Shown: positions 35,701-47,420 of the stretch, in pieces | How positions within the stretch are numbered: position 1 is the first letter of the stretch | Layout: every line of letters begins with the position of its first letter | Origin: Eutreptiella sp. 'Long Island Sound 2002' | Lineage: Eukaryota; Protista; Euglenida | Direction: 5' to 3' | DNA length: 64,000 bases | Assembly (NCBI GenBank): GCA_964036045.1 | Contig: OZ038378.1 | Location: 121,830,001-121,894,000 of the forward strand | Translations under genes and position numbers: made by a program | The notes under the pieces: model-generated | Told to the model about the DNA's origin: nothing | The model's database searches: none | The model's input: only the letters and a program-made list of their open reading frames with translations

Positions 35701-38700
35701 AAGCCTCGCCGAATGTTCGAGATTAGGTGCATTGGCTGAGAACTAGCCTCAAGGGAGTCAACGACCCCGTACACCCCGTGCAAGTGGAGGACCGCGGCTC
35801 CGTCCCCCACCGCCATGTGGACATGCATCCATCGTGTGGAACGGTAAAGGCCGTGGACGAGGGGGTCCCCCTCTTCTGCGCTGTGTGGTTGTGTGGCCCG
35901 CGCTGTGATGCCATCTTTCACAAGTATGGCCACCCCCCCAGGTGGGGCATCCCAAACGCCTCGGCCTCTCGACACCCCCCCCCAGAAGGCCTACCAACGT
36001 CTCTCGCGAAGTATCCCGGTGAGCGCCCTTTATCCCTGCCTAGGCAGGCGCGTCTCGCTGTGGATTGTGGCATCCACATCCCATGTCGCCACTTCTTGCA
36101 CTCGGGGCTTGGGGGTTGTGAGATTGGCTACCACAACCTGGTCCTGCGGCCCCCTCAGCCGCTGTGCCAACATTCGGCTCACCCCCCCCCCCCCGCATTT
36201 TCGGCGAGTCCGTCGGCTCTGGGCACGGACTCTGCTTTGTTGCCCCGGCTTGCGCGGGCGTGCCTGCTCCCCCCTCTTCACTACATGAAATGTCCGGTCG
36301 CCACGTTGGCCTCACCACAGTGTCAAAACTTGTGAGGTTGTCTAGAGTTGTGACCCATCAGCTGCACCCCTAACCAGTCGCCGGGCACCGCTAAGAGCCA
36401 CCATGAACACCGGCCGCTCCCGCCCTGATGCGGTCATGTGTGTGTAGGGCTGTACCTTGATGTCCGAGGCAGTCTAGTCACCGAACCACCGCCGCACCTC
36501 GCACCGCACATCAGCAAAGCCCCCATATGGCACTTGAGGTGCATGAAGCAGTCGGGGAAGTACGTGCAGTCATCCTGACCAAGGGCAACCCACATGTGCT
36601 GGCCATGGTTCCTTCTATGATGCGTTCATAGGGATTCAAGAGACATGAGTTGGAGGTCGTTGGATGTGCGATGCAGCGCGCGGTATCAGTGGGCAGGCAG
36701 CCTTGGATCACGACCGATGGTCGTGATCACCTGGACCAGGCTGCCGGACGTCCATGTGGGGACAACAATGATCGACATCTCAAGTGAAATTGTGCTTCTA
36801 CCACCTAATGCTCTCTCTCTCACTAGGAAACCGCACCACCCGTCGTCCGCGGCCCATGTCCTTGCAGACCGTAGCAGAGTCCGAGCCTATTTGTTGCCTA
36901 GCGGGCCTCAAATGTCTTCAGTTGGCCCAGTGGTTCAATGCCCATAAAGAGAGAGGAAGTTCAAGTGGCATCCATATGGCGTCCCCACCCCCTGCCGGCG
37001 AAGAAAACCCTTGGTAACCTTGGCACGCCACCTTGCACATAGCACCACCAAAAAAGAACGGTATTTACGGCCCCCTAAGCTTCGCAGCAATCATGTGTTG
37101 GGGAAGGAGTTGAGAACAGGAGAGAGGATTAAGGGGTGCCCCTGCACCGCTGTCATCTAAGGCAGACAATCAGTGCCGGATCATTGTGCTTCCGGACCGG
37201 TCGGCTCTTCTTTTCATTGGAGACATGCAAAAGAACAAGCTGAGGTGCATCCCTTGGGCTAAAAGGTAGGGAAGGAAGCTACGTAGGGGTTGTGGTGCAG
37301 CCCATTCCAGGCGCGCGCAAGGCCGGGGCATCCCCCCTCCAGCCCACTGCCAACACACTTCTCTCACTGGTTCCAGGTGTAACGGCAGTTCAAGCGGCGG
37401 TCCCGCCTGATGACCCCATGACGATGACGCCATGGCGTAGCAGCTACAGCGCGCGGGCATCAAGTAGATATAGCTGGGCAAGGCCCCATCGGCGTGGCCG
37501 CCCCAAGAGCGTGCTGAGGCGCTGGGACTAACAATACTTGGTTCAATGTTTCGAACGAGTACTGGAGACGCTTGGATGCCAGTAAGGACGTCTCAGGTTC
37601 GCCGGCAGGTCTGTACTTCGGAGACTCGCTAGGTTGTGTCGCTGTGAGGATATGGGGAGTGAAGCCCGAGCGGGCCGCGCTACGTGCTATCGCAACAGTT
37701 CTCAGGGTGGACATGCTGACAGTCAAGACGCAGGTGCACGTACGCGGCTGCAGTACTGGCGGCAGAGGCGCCTATGCATCAGCCCTCCATGGCGGTCGGA
37801 GAGTGGGGGAAACGGCGGCTGGAAGTGTCACTCTACCTATCGCTGGAGCATACGCGGTGAGCGCTGTGGGCAGGCGAAAGCGTGGCAGGGGTATGTCGCA
37901 GGCCCTAGCCTGGAGATGATGTTTGAGTTCATGTAGCGCCCCCAAAACTGTGTGGCTGTCCCCCCATCCGATCGTCGTTGTCGGGCTTCTTCGTCTGGCT
38001 GGCCCGTCCTCGTGGCGCTGCCCCTGTGCTTTCCTCCTAGGCCCGGCACTTGACGGCCTGCCTTATGGCACAGCTGTGCATGTTGATCCAGCCGGCCGCG
38101 CTTCTGATGTCCTCTGCGGCTCAAGCCGGCTACACTACCATCAGCAGGTGCAGCGGGAACTTGGGAACCTCGTCTCTGCTGCCACGTCCGCGGCGTTAAG
38201 GCAGAGGCACCCAGGTCGGTGTGACAGGTGCCTGTGGCCGCCGCCCTTGCCCTCCCACACACAATTGGCCGATCGATTACCTCCCACCTTGCGCGCCACT
38301 GCCGCATCAACTACCTGCCAACCAGCTCGTTGACGTGCTGGCTGCTAACACCGTTGCTTCCCTTGTTGACCTCCTTCGCTCCTTCATCTCCTCCCGCTGC
38401 AGGCCCCGGGGATCTCGTTGTCCCTCCAGCCGGTCCCCTTATCGGCTTCGGTGCACTCGTCCTCGTCATCGGTGGCGCCTGTAAGGCTCCCCGTTTGTTG
38501 CAGCCCGCAGGGCCGCGATGTCGCCCCGGAGCCCCCGGATGAAGTCCAGCAGCTCCTGGTTCCGGCGCTCCAGGGCTTCTATTGTGCGCTGCGCCTCCGT
38601 CCGCGGGGGTGGCATGTCGGCACTTGCCCCCGGCTCCCGTCTGCCGCTGCGCGCGCGAGGAGGGGGCTCCGCCGTCGTTCTACTGCCGCTGCTGCTCCTG

Positions 38701-38880
38701 CCACGGCTGCTGCTGCAGTCCCGTCTCCTTGAGCGCGATGAGGGCGTTTATGACCCCCGGCTGCTGCAGCTCCCGGAGCAAGGGCAGTAGTGCGTCGCTA
38801 GGTGACGCTGTGCGCGACTCCCCACCCGTCGTTGGTCGGGTCATCGATGTGGCGCGCTTTCGTGCGCATTGTGAATGCTA
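32730..38880 (-). mobile_element. Near full-length decayed non-LTR retrotransposon (ORF1, APE endonuclease, RT, zinc finger, RNase H), antisense inside DUF229 intron 2
   Basis: APE-like GGVAILVK...RWMHVH...VYG (35496-35975); RT RSLTVLSRVYRLWA, NYRKCFDL, GYADD, EVNVGKS, RHLGI (33877-35146); zf GATWT...YPYC...E....W (33268-33492). Many stops and frameshifts; element ends approximate. Confidence 0.85.
36480..37920 (+). mobile_element. Internally deleted L1-like fragment (RT, zf, RNase H) nested in the opposite orientation in the minus-strand LINE
   Basis: ILTKGNP...GFK... and DIS-like RT remnants (36560-36800); RNase H-like LDASKD...AGLYFGD...RAALRAIA (37570-37720). Confidence 0.5.
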
Positions 38881-39154
38881 GCGTACCACCGCTGGTTGAG
38901 AGCAATGTTGACGCCTCCGCGCTTGGGGTATCAGTCAAAAGCAGCGTTACCACGGGCAGGGCCCCAAGAAAACCCCTCCAAAAGTTGCAGAAACAATACC
39001 TCCTAACCACTATAGGTCCTCACCCTCAATCTTTGGCCCATGCGCCTGCTTGTGTGCACACCTGCATGCAGCCCTTGTGTGGCTCTGCCTAGTTCCTCCA
39101 TTTGTTCGGTCTTGCTAGCTGTCTATTGCATTTCCTTGCCCTCTTTTTAAAAGG

Positions 39155-39286
39155 TATGCGTGTCTCGGAGGGCGCCCTTTTGTGGACTACGACTTCGATT
39201 ATCTTTGGCAATTTATGAGCGAGCCGCTGTACAATCACGTCCCGAAGTTTGCTTATGCCCACTTCGACCAGGCACACGATTTGGAG
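39155..39286 (+). CDS. DUF229-like protein, exon C
   Basis: Acceptor CTCTTTTTAAAAAG|, donor GAG|GTCTCA. Encodes FVDYDFDYLWQFMSEPLYNHVPKFAYAHFDQAHDLE (F.f.H...HD motif). The 5' part reads YACLGGRP in a different frame (see findings). Confidence 0.8.
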
Positions 39287-40094
39287 GTCTCATGCAGTGC
39301 CTGGATGGCGGTCAGAAGTAGGCCTAAAGCATTCTAGGTGAAGGGCAGGAGTGACAGTGGTGGTAGGTGGTATGCAGACGGTAAATCAAGCGGTGTTTCA
39401 TTTTGCTGTCTGGGACTTTTTTGGCCAAATGCAGAGTTACCTGCCTACAATTTCTGCCGGGTCCCAGGATCACTGCCATTGCACTCCGCTGCACACGATA
39501 TAAGGCATTCCCCAGTTCTTGGTTCAAAACTCGCCTTTGTGTACGTTTTTGGTCCAATTTACCAGCAGTAGACTGTTTTGGGGGGTTTCACAAGAGCTTT
39601 TAGGTGCTGTGTTGGGTAACCCGTGTCCAGTGCCGTGTCCTTTATATGCACTGCTTGTTTGTTGAGGTTACTTGTGGGGAAGCGGAGGGAGGTGTAGTTT
39701 TGTGGGTGAGAGTGCAATGTCTGTCCCACTGCTCTCAACTGCACCATACTGCCCTCTGGCGCCCACTCCCCTGCCAGCGCTAGCAGGATTCGCCTTCAGT
39801 CATTCCCTATTTGTTGGGGATGGGGTTCACAAGTTTTGGCCCCCATCCCCCCAGTAGCAGTTGATCTGAATCCACTTCCACTTCCAGTTCCAGTTCCATT
39901 GATCAGGGACCTCGAAAATCTGGGGCTTCAAGGTGAAGGCCCAAGGTGTAGGTCACAGGGGATGTCAGGCATGATTGATGCAGGAAGGTTGATGAAGATG
40001 GCCCATGTTGATGATCAGGCTGGTCCGTAAAAAGGCTTTTTCCAGACTCTATTCCCGCTCTTCATGGGCTTGACTTTCCCCCTGCACCCATAAT

Positions 40095-40561
40095 CAGGGC
40101 AGGCCCGTAATCCGGTCCCGTAATATCTGGAATATCCCGGAATATCTGGAATATTCCGGAATAAAGTTTGTGCTCTTAGGTTTGGCACTGGTTGTGGGGA
40201 GCAACTGTTTGACTGGGCTGCCCCCCTTCATTGTGAGGGACCAAGAAGACAGAGTGTGTTGTGTGTGAGCCTAGAACATATTTTTTTCTTGTGCGAACTT
40301 CTAAGAATTCATAGGTCTGTTAGGGGAATCTTACCTGAAGCGTCTAAGAGAGCTTGGTAGAGGTTAATTGGCCATAAGCATGGAAACTCTGTGCTATGAT
40401 GCTGCGGTGCAATTTCTTGCATTTAGACTGCAAGCAACTGCCCTGACCAGTCTCACACTATGCGCAGTGTGCCTGCAATGCTCCGGAATTTTCCAGAATA
40501 CATCCGGAATATTCGAAAAAACCTTCTCAAAAACCAGTTCCGGAATATTGATCTGCCTCTG
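40095..40561. mobile_element. Non-autonomous hAT-like element (CAG...CTG termini, CCGGAATAT subterminal repeats at both ends)
   Basis: Left CAGGGCAGG..., right ...CTGCCTCTG. CCGGAAT motifs cluster at 40110-40160 and 40480-40550. Flanks share only CCATA, so there is no clean 8-bp TSD. Confidence 0.45.
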
Positions 40562-41399
40562 CCATAGCACGCCCAATTTTAAGCCGCCACTCCAGAGAAT
40601 GACCCTGCGGTATCAAAGTGGCACTGCCAGCTACCCTGCTCAATCCTTACTTGCGTGTAAAGTAAAACGGAATAGCAACTGGTATTAGTTCTGTGCCTCC
40701 ATGCAAACTGGCTTCAGAAGCTCTTGTGGATGCCTCAAGTAGGGCCTTCTGCAAATTCGTCTACTGTGCACATTCTGTACATACAATATTTTATTTTGTA
40801 CCGATTATTTGCATCAGCTTTGCTATTCTTGCTTTTATGCCCCAAAATCCTCGAAGCCCCTGGTGGGTGAGGCCGTGCAATAGCGACCACAGGTAAGAAC
40901 ACAACCGGCAGGGGCTGCTTGCAAATGCAGTGGGGTCATCTTCAACCATCTGAGCCCTCGTAAGAGGCCACCCTGAGGACCCGCAACTGCCTGGAAATCC
41001 GAAGTCCTGGCTGAACAATTTTGGAGGCCGACAGCACAAAGAAATGATGCATCACTTGAACTTCAGGGTATGGGACACACGTAGACGATAACAGGTCAGC
41101 ACAAGGGACAGGTTGTAAGTATACAGGCTCTCAGTATTTTGCACTCTCCACTTCAAAAAAATCAGGACAGGAAATCCTTTTCATGTGTACATGTGGGCAC
41201 ACTTCAGAAGCCCCCTTTTAGCTACTGCCAGGCCTTGTTCGTACCACCAACATTGGAATCCTGAGGGTTTTGAAAAGGGGCTCCCCCCATTCCCCGCCCC
41301 CCTGCTTCCCCCGGCAAAACTTTTTTCTCCCCCACTCCTTGGTGATTAGAGTTGGCTGGTAGATGGATTGCAATTGGGTTATCAAAGGGTGTAAAGCAT

Positions 41400-41575
41400 T
41401 TCAGAATGGTGCTGAGGGTTCTGAAAAGCTTCCTGGTGGTCACACTGTTGCCCCAGAGATACAAAGTCGGAATGTGCAGTGCATTGGCCTCCTTTAGCCA
41501 GGCAAGCGCCTGGGCACAACTGGCCCCCCCCTCGTTGCCCAGGAGATTTAGGGACGCAGTGTGTACCACTTGCAT
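41400..41575 (-). pseudogene. Ribonuclease-inhibitor-type LRR coding remnant, antisense within DUF229 intron 3
   Basis: SLNLLGNEGGASCAQALAWLKEANALHIPTLYLWGNSV fits LxLxxNxxGxxGAxALAxL. An in-frame stop lies just upstream. Confidence 0.5.
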
Positions 41576-42038
41576 GCATCAACTCTGCATCATCTGCAGG
41601 AAACCATTCTCCTTATGTATGATGTAAAGTGCATGTCTATTGATGATCTAATCCTCTGCGGCCCGAGTGACCTTTACTGACCCCGTTCAGTGTTCCAAAA
41701 CCCTTACATTGGAAAGCAGCAAGCAGCAACCGGCATCAATTTGTCCAATGAAAAGGCCCTCGTCATTGTTTACAATCCCTGTACAACACTGTCAGAATTC
41801 ATGGACCGTTGACTGGGTAAGTTCTTGGTGGTTGGCATGCTATTTGTACATGGCATTCTATTTGTTTAGACGTTGGCAAGGGAAGTACTACTTCGTGCAT
41901 GGACAATGTGGTTGGTTGATGAGGGGCATGCAGAGGTAGGCACATGTGCAGGAATAGAGGCAACAACGTTTTTGGGTAGTTACGAGCAGTGGGTCATGTC
42001 AGCTTGGCACTGGCCCATACAAGCCACCAATGCTGCAG

Positions 42039-42194
42039 GGCCGTGCCACATGGCTGGATGCACGACTGCACGAGTCCCTCACGAACATCATGAGTCGCAA
42101 CAATAACACCATCATCCTACTCCTCTCTGATCACGGAGGCACTCCAGTGGAGCTTCCACTGTTCTCCATGCTCGTCCCCACCGCATTCATGCAG
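42039..42194 (+). CDS. DUF229-like protein, exon D
   Basis: Acceptor GCTGCAG| (phase 0, matches exon C), donor CAG|GTTTAC. 52 codons GRATWLDARL...NTIILLLSDHG...ELPLFSMLVP, including the SDHG metal-binding motif. Confidence 0.88.
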
Positions 42195-43259
42195 GTTTAC
42201 CATTCTGTCCCTATGCCTGACTTACCCCCACAACCCTGGATTCCACACCCTTCAGCCTCAACCACAGAAAGCAAAACACAGTGCCTGTCACACTGCTCGG
42301 CACACCACGGTGGGCTTGGCGGCCATGCTGTCAGTCGCGGTGGGTGTCTTGGCCCCTGGCTACGGGTCGGCTCGGTTGCAGAGCTGGTTTTTGGCCCGGT
42401 GGATGATCCTATGACTGGGCTAGTGGTTTGTCTGCAGATCAATAGAAGTGGCGTAATCAGGGTGCACTTGACGCACGAGTTGTGCGTGTAGACCCTCCTA
42501 GGATTCATCGCGTGGGTTCTACACTAGGGAATGGGGGGGCAACCTGGCAGGGGTGGAAAGACACAGTGGAACGTGTGAGACGGTGGGTGTGGCTGATGAT
42601 CCAGAGATGACCACCTCAGGCGGTGCTCGTGGTGCATGCGCAGCGCGAGTGCCAACCGGGGCACCTTTCCGTTGTCCGTCATGTTTAGGCAGCACCCTGC
42701 CGTCCAACAAGGAAGACCCTGTCAGGTTGCACTTTTTGGCATCCAACGGGGTTATCCGACGACTGAGACCACGCTGTTGTACCGCTTTTTAGGAGCCCAG
42801 CACTCCCCCTCGAGGGGCATACCGTGGTGATGCAATAACGGGATGCTTGCGAAGGGCACTACGTACGACGTGAGCATCTGTCGGGGATCAAGTCAGATTT
42901 CATTGCGGATCAGGACATTGTTGGTTAGACTACTGTCTTGTCGCTTTATGTTCGGAGCTGCGCACGTGCACTACTGATCTCATATCGTCCGCTCATCTGC
43001 ACATGATCAGCCTCCCCTGTCAACGAGCTGACTTGGGTGCACGCAGCCTTGGTTTTGTGAGGATGTTGGGTGAGGTTTTTCGTCATTGTATGCCAAGTAG
43101 TTGGGCTGCCCAAAACATGTATTTATATTCACATCCGACACTTGCAAAAAGGGCGGTCCGCTTTTGCAATGCTGAGTGGGGCCCTGTTTCTTTGAAAAGC
43201 CAGAGGCTGTGTTGTCTTCTTCTTGGAGGCACAGCTGCATCACCCGTTCTCCCTCTCAG

Positions 43260-43362
43260 ACCCAACCCTTGATGGCCAAGAATCTGCACATCAACCAGGA
43301 TCGAGTGGTCTCTTGGTACGACGCCTACATGACGTTGCGGCATCTGTTGAATCTCACTGATG
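43260..43362 (+). CDS. DUF229-like protein, exon E
   Basis: Acceptor CCCTCTCAG| (phase 0), donor G|GTACGA. TQPLMAKNLHINQDRVVSWYDAYMTLRHLL resembles DUF229 NL..NQ.Rl....D...TL. Confidence 0.82.
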
Positions 43363-45109
43363 GTACGAATTTCTGATCTGTGCCTTGACCGCCTTGGCAC
43401 AGGGCATCCTCAGGGGCACTACACTTGCAGCCTCAGTTGCTGGGATGCAAAAAGGCATAAAAGGAGGGAGGGACGGGTGGGGGATGAGGGTGGGCGCGGT
43501 TGAAGTGCACTGACTAGGGGAGCTCGTTCCCTTGAGGTCTACAGCATGGAGGGAAGCTTGTGCAAGTCAGTCACGCTGGTAAGGGGCCATAGGATGGCAA
43601 TCGATTGCCCCACCAAATTTGGGGATGCGCAGACATATTTGAGGAGGCCCCGCCTTGGGCAAGGGCTGAATGCAAGTGTTGAACGAAGTCGGACAGGCCT
43701 CTAGGACAGTCACTATCATGGTTGTTTTCAGCCAAAACCCGCTCAGTATGCATACCTTGCGAGTGTAGGTGATGACCTGTATTCGTCCAGGAACCACCAT
43801 GCATTAATCATCACAAACTTCCTTTGAGCATATGTTGGGGTCAATCGTGGCGTCAAAGGCAGTGTCTAGTGCTTCGTCACCGGCGAGATTGGGGACGTCT
43901 TGGAGAGGTCTTGTACTGAGTACTCGGCTTCCAATACCCGAGATAGGTTGGCTAGCAAAGAGGTAAGCAACCATCACTACACGGCAAGGCACCCCGTGTA
44001 GTGACAAGGCGTATATATTGGGTCTTAGGGTTGTTGACTCTGTTGAAAGGTCTGGTTTAGAGGCTGGGTGCATGACCAGTGGAGATAAGTGCTAGGCAGG
44101 GGAAAGAGAATCAGTGCTGGACAAAGTTGGAAAGAGGAGGATACGAGCGAATGGAGGGCGATTCTTGCTAAGGAACCCTCTTGGGCAATCGCTTTCACAA
44201 AGTGGGAAAGGAGCAAACTTGGCAAGGGACATAGAGATGTGGGGCACACAACATGGTGTGTGGTGTTTGGCACCATGCAGACATGGTGTTGCAAAGAGAA
44301 ACGAAAAGGGACCACAATATCATCGTTCGTTGCCCATGGTTGCGCAATAGCACTTCTGCAGCCGGGCATCTTGCAAGTAGCTTGGGACCCAAAACAAGTG
44401 TGAGAGAACAACAGCCAAAGGCCGGGTGCACTCACATGTGGCTATGTGCTTGTTTCTAGGCACGGAATGTGATGGAGTTAGGTAGGACACTTGAGGCCAA
44501 AGAACGCGGTGTGGGTAGTGAGCTTGCATAACCCCAGAAACCAAGAGGTACGGATGGGGGAGGTGGCAGTACTTGCGAAACTGCCATCGCCTCAAATGAA
44601 AGCCTGAAAGGTTTGACACTACATGGTGTTGACGAAGATGGATGGTGGGTCATAGGCAGGCAATTGGGGCTCTTTGCAGCCAAATTACGCAAATTCTGGG
44701 GGCATTCCAGGGGACTTTTGGGGGTGTCTCTCGGGCATATTGTGGAGTTAGCAGCCAACTAGAGGCTCTTTGACACATGCAAATCAAAACTGGTTGCGGC
44801 ATATGCTATCTTTGTTTGGCCGTTTTTAGTGGGTTTCAAAGCTGCTTTGGGCAAACAATGGCGGTTTTTTCCCCAAAACTGCCCACAACCTCTGGTGGGC
44901 ACCTCCCAATTTGGCAGCCATGATTCGGACCACCATCATTAAGTTTTGGGCACAAATTTTGGTTTGGAAAGGGCACATGTCAAGGAGCAAGCACACCTAA
45001 TTGTCGCTGGAATGGGAATGTCCCTTTTCTAATATCTGCAAAGCAGGTTCCGGGTGTGCTTGTTGCTTGTCGTCATCACTGCTTGATGTTGTTGCTGTTG
45101 TTGCTAGCT

Positions 45110-47090
45110 AGATATAAGGGGAGGGGTGTGGTAATGCACTCTCCAATTTGCCCGAACCCCCATGTGGGTCTTCTCTTTCCAAGTGGGATGTCTCTTTGCG
45201 TAGGCTTCTTGGGACTTTTCTAGGGACACAATGGGTGACCATGGGCTCAAAATGTGCCAAAAACATTTGTATGAGCATCCCAACTGGTCCGGGTACGCTT
45301 TTGGAAAACATTTTGAACCCCTTTTGACCATGGTTTTGGTTGCAAAATGGCCCATAGTCAAGATTTTTTGAAACTTTTGGAGGGCCAAAATTGCTCAAAG
45401 CAGGCTCAACATAGGCTAAAAACAGTTGGTTGGGTAGTGTTCCACAATCATTTTTTGAAAAACATGTTTGACCACTTTTTGACCCTATTTTGGTCCCAAA
45501 CCGGCCCATTTTCAAGGCCTCCTGATGCTTTTTGAGGGCCAAAACGGCTCACCATGGGCTCAAGATAGGCTAAAACGGCATCCCAAGTGGTCTTTGAACA
45601 ATTTTGGACAAAGTCAATTTTCGAGCCCCTGGGGACCCCTACTTGACCGATTAATCAAGAATGGGTCATATCTTGGGCCAATTCTAAGGGCACGTAGTTC
45701 ACTTGCAGACCCCCACTTTTTGTAATTTCCACCCCTCAAAATTGCCCAAATAGGCTTGATGGCCATGTATTACATTTTTGATGGGACGGTGGGACGGAGG
45801 CAAGGGGGTGAGCAATTACTGGCACACACATGAGTGGGAGCACATATTCAGAGAAACCCCCTCCACCGCCCCACTCCTCTCTCAATCTGTCCAGACACAC
45901 CACTTTCCCATCTCTCCTTTGTTACTACGCTCCCCAACCCCCACTAGCCCACTCCACTGCCCATGCTCCTAAAGTAGAAGGAATTTAGGGCTTTCACATG
46001 CATGCGCTGGCTCTAGGCCCCTTGGAATGAGGAACGGCTCGTTTTGATCTTCCATGGTTGGTTTGTGGCACGGCATGATGCTATTAAACATGCACACAAG
46101 CCTTTGGGGCAGGGTGTGTGGCAGTTTCAGCCTCTTCACCTCTTCAAGTACAAAGAGGCAGAGATTGTGAGTGAGCAGGGGCAGATTCTGAGGACACAAC
46201 ATTTGTGCTCCAAAAATGGCCCCAACACATTTGCAAAGAAAATACCGTACTATGGCTCGCCTAGGAAGTGGGTAAACGCCAACTCGTCGTGGGATTGATC
46301 ACACCAGCTAAAACAATAGCCTCAGATCCAATCTTTGTTGCGTCTTTGCATCCCTCTCTCCCTCCCTCCCTCCCTGCCTGCCTCCTCTCTCCCTCATAGC
46401 TGTATAATGACTCTTAGGATGGTTGTTTGCCAGCGCAAGCACCGGCTTGCGTTGTGTCTCCTTGTCCCTTGTGTTTTTCACACTCTCAATGTTTGTGCCA
46501 CTTGCCTATACGCCAGACCAGTGTATGTCTCTCCAACCCAATGTCCTTATCCTCTCATCATCGTGCAGCACCCTCACCATGTGGGGCCTGCACATGGCAC
46601 CATCCATTGTGGTGTTCATTTGACACTTGGTACAACGGTGCCATGACATCTCTTTGATGCTGATTGCTCACCAAACCCAAAAAAATTTATGAGCATCCCA
46701 AATTGTCTGGGTCAACTTTGGGGAAAATGTGTGTTTAACCATTTTTGGACCTATTTTGAACCCCAAATGGCCCATTTTCAAGGCTGTTTGGGACTTGAGG
46801 AGGACCAAAACGGCTGAAAACAAGAAAACACTTGTTTCGGCATCCAAAGTGCTCCACGATCACTTTTTGGGCAATATGTTTTCAACCCCTTTTTGACCCT
46901 ATTTTGGCCCCAAAACGGCCTGTTCATTTTCAAGGCTTTTTTAAACGGCTTTTGGCCAAAATGGCTCAAAACAGGCTCAAAACAGGCTCAAAAACAGGCT
47001 CAAAAACAGGCAAAGCGAACCGCAAGTGCTCCATGATCAGCTTTGAAAAAATGTGTTTTTGAAAATCACCTTGAAGAGAGGTCGTAAGAT
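45110..47090. repeat. Patches of a dispersed repeat family (GGCCCATTTTCAAGGC / AAAACGGCTC / AAACAGGCTCAA motifs) at ~45110-45720 and ~46660-47090; also ~47590-47830 and ~49860-50210
   Basis: The motifs recur across these patches. The CTAGAT(A/T)TAAGGGGAG.GGGGTGT motif is shared at ~45105 and ~50185. Confidence 0.7.
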
Positions 47091-47349
47091 CAAGCGTAGG
47101 CGTGGACGCCGTACACCCCCCCCTTTTGGGGGGTTGTTCGCGTAGCATACCCCAAGGCATGATATTGGATGTCTAGCCCATTGTAAAATCATTATTTTGC
47201 CCGATAAAATGATCCCCTATGGATTTTTTGATTTTGGGGCCCTATCCCCCTGAAGCTGGATACCACATTTTAGTGGGGTGGGGGCTGTCAAAAGTTTGTG
47301 CCTAGAAGGATTTGACCCAGGGCGTGACAAAGACCTGACAGGTCGAGCG

Positions 47350-47420
47350 GCTCCGGCCGAGATTCAATCCGACCCTCGGCTAGTTATAGGGCGAGTGTTC
47401 TACCACTCGACCACTGACTG
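47350..47420 (-). pseudogene. Degenerate tRNA-like (SINE-head) sequence
   Basis: Minus strand GTGGTCGAGTGGTAGAACACTCGCC (box A, tRNA-Gly-like D-arm) and degenerate box B GGATTGAATC. Confidence 0.35.

Noticed and set aside
42600-43000. Additional RT fragment in intron 4
   Set aside because: Resemblance too weak to call by eye.
15935-43259. Euglenid non-conventional (stem-loop, CAG/CTG) introns for the four well-supported DUF229 introns
   Set aside because: All have GT...AG ends and lack convincing end-to-end pairing. Only short chance-level complementarity was seen in intron 3.
43545-43962. Candidate micro-exons between exon E and 46113 (43545-43578; 43829-43962)
   Set aside because: The first gives the wrong phase and the second hits an in-frame TAG.
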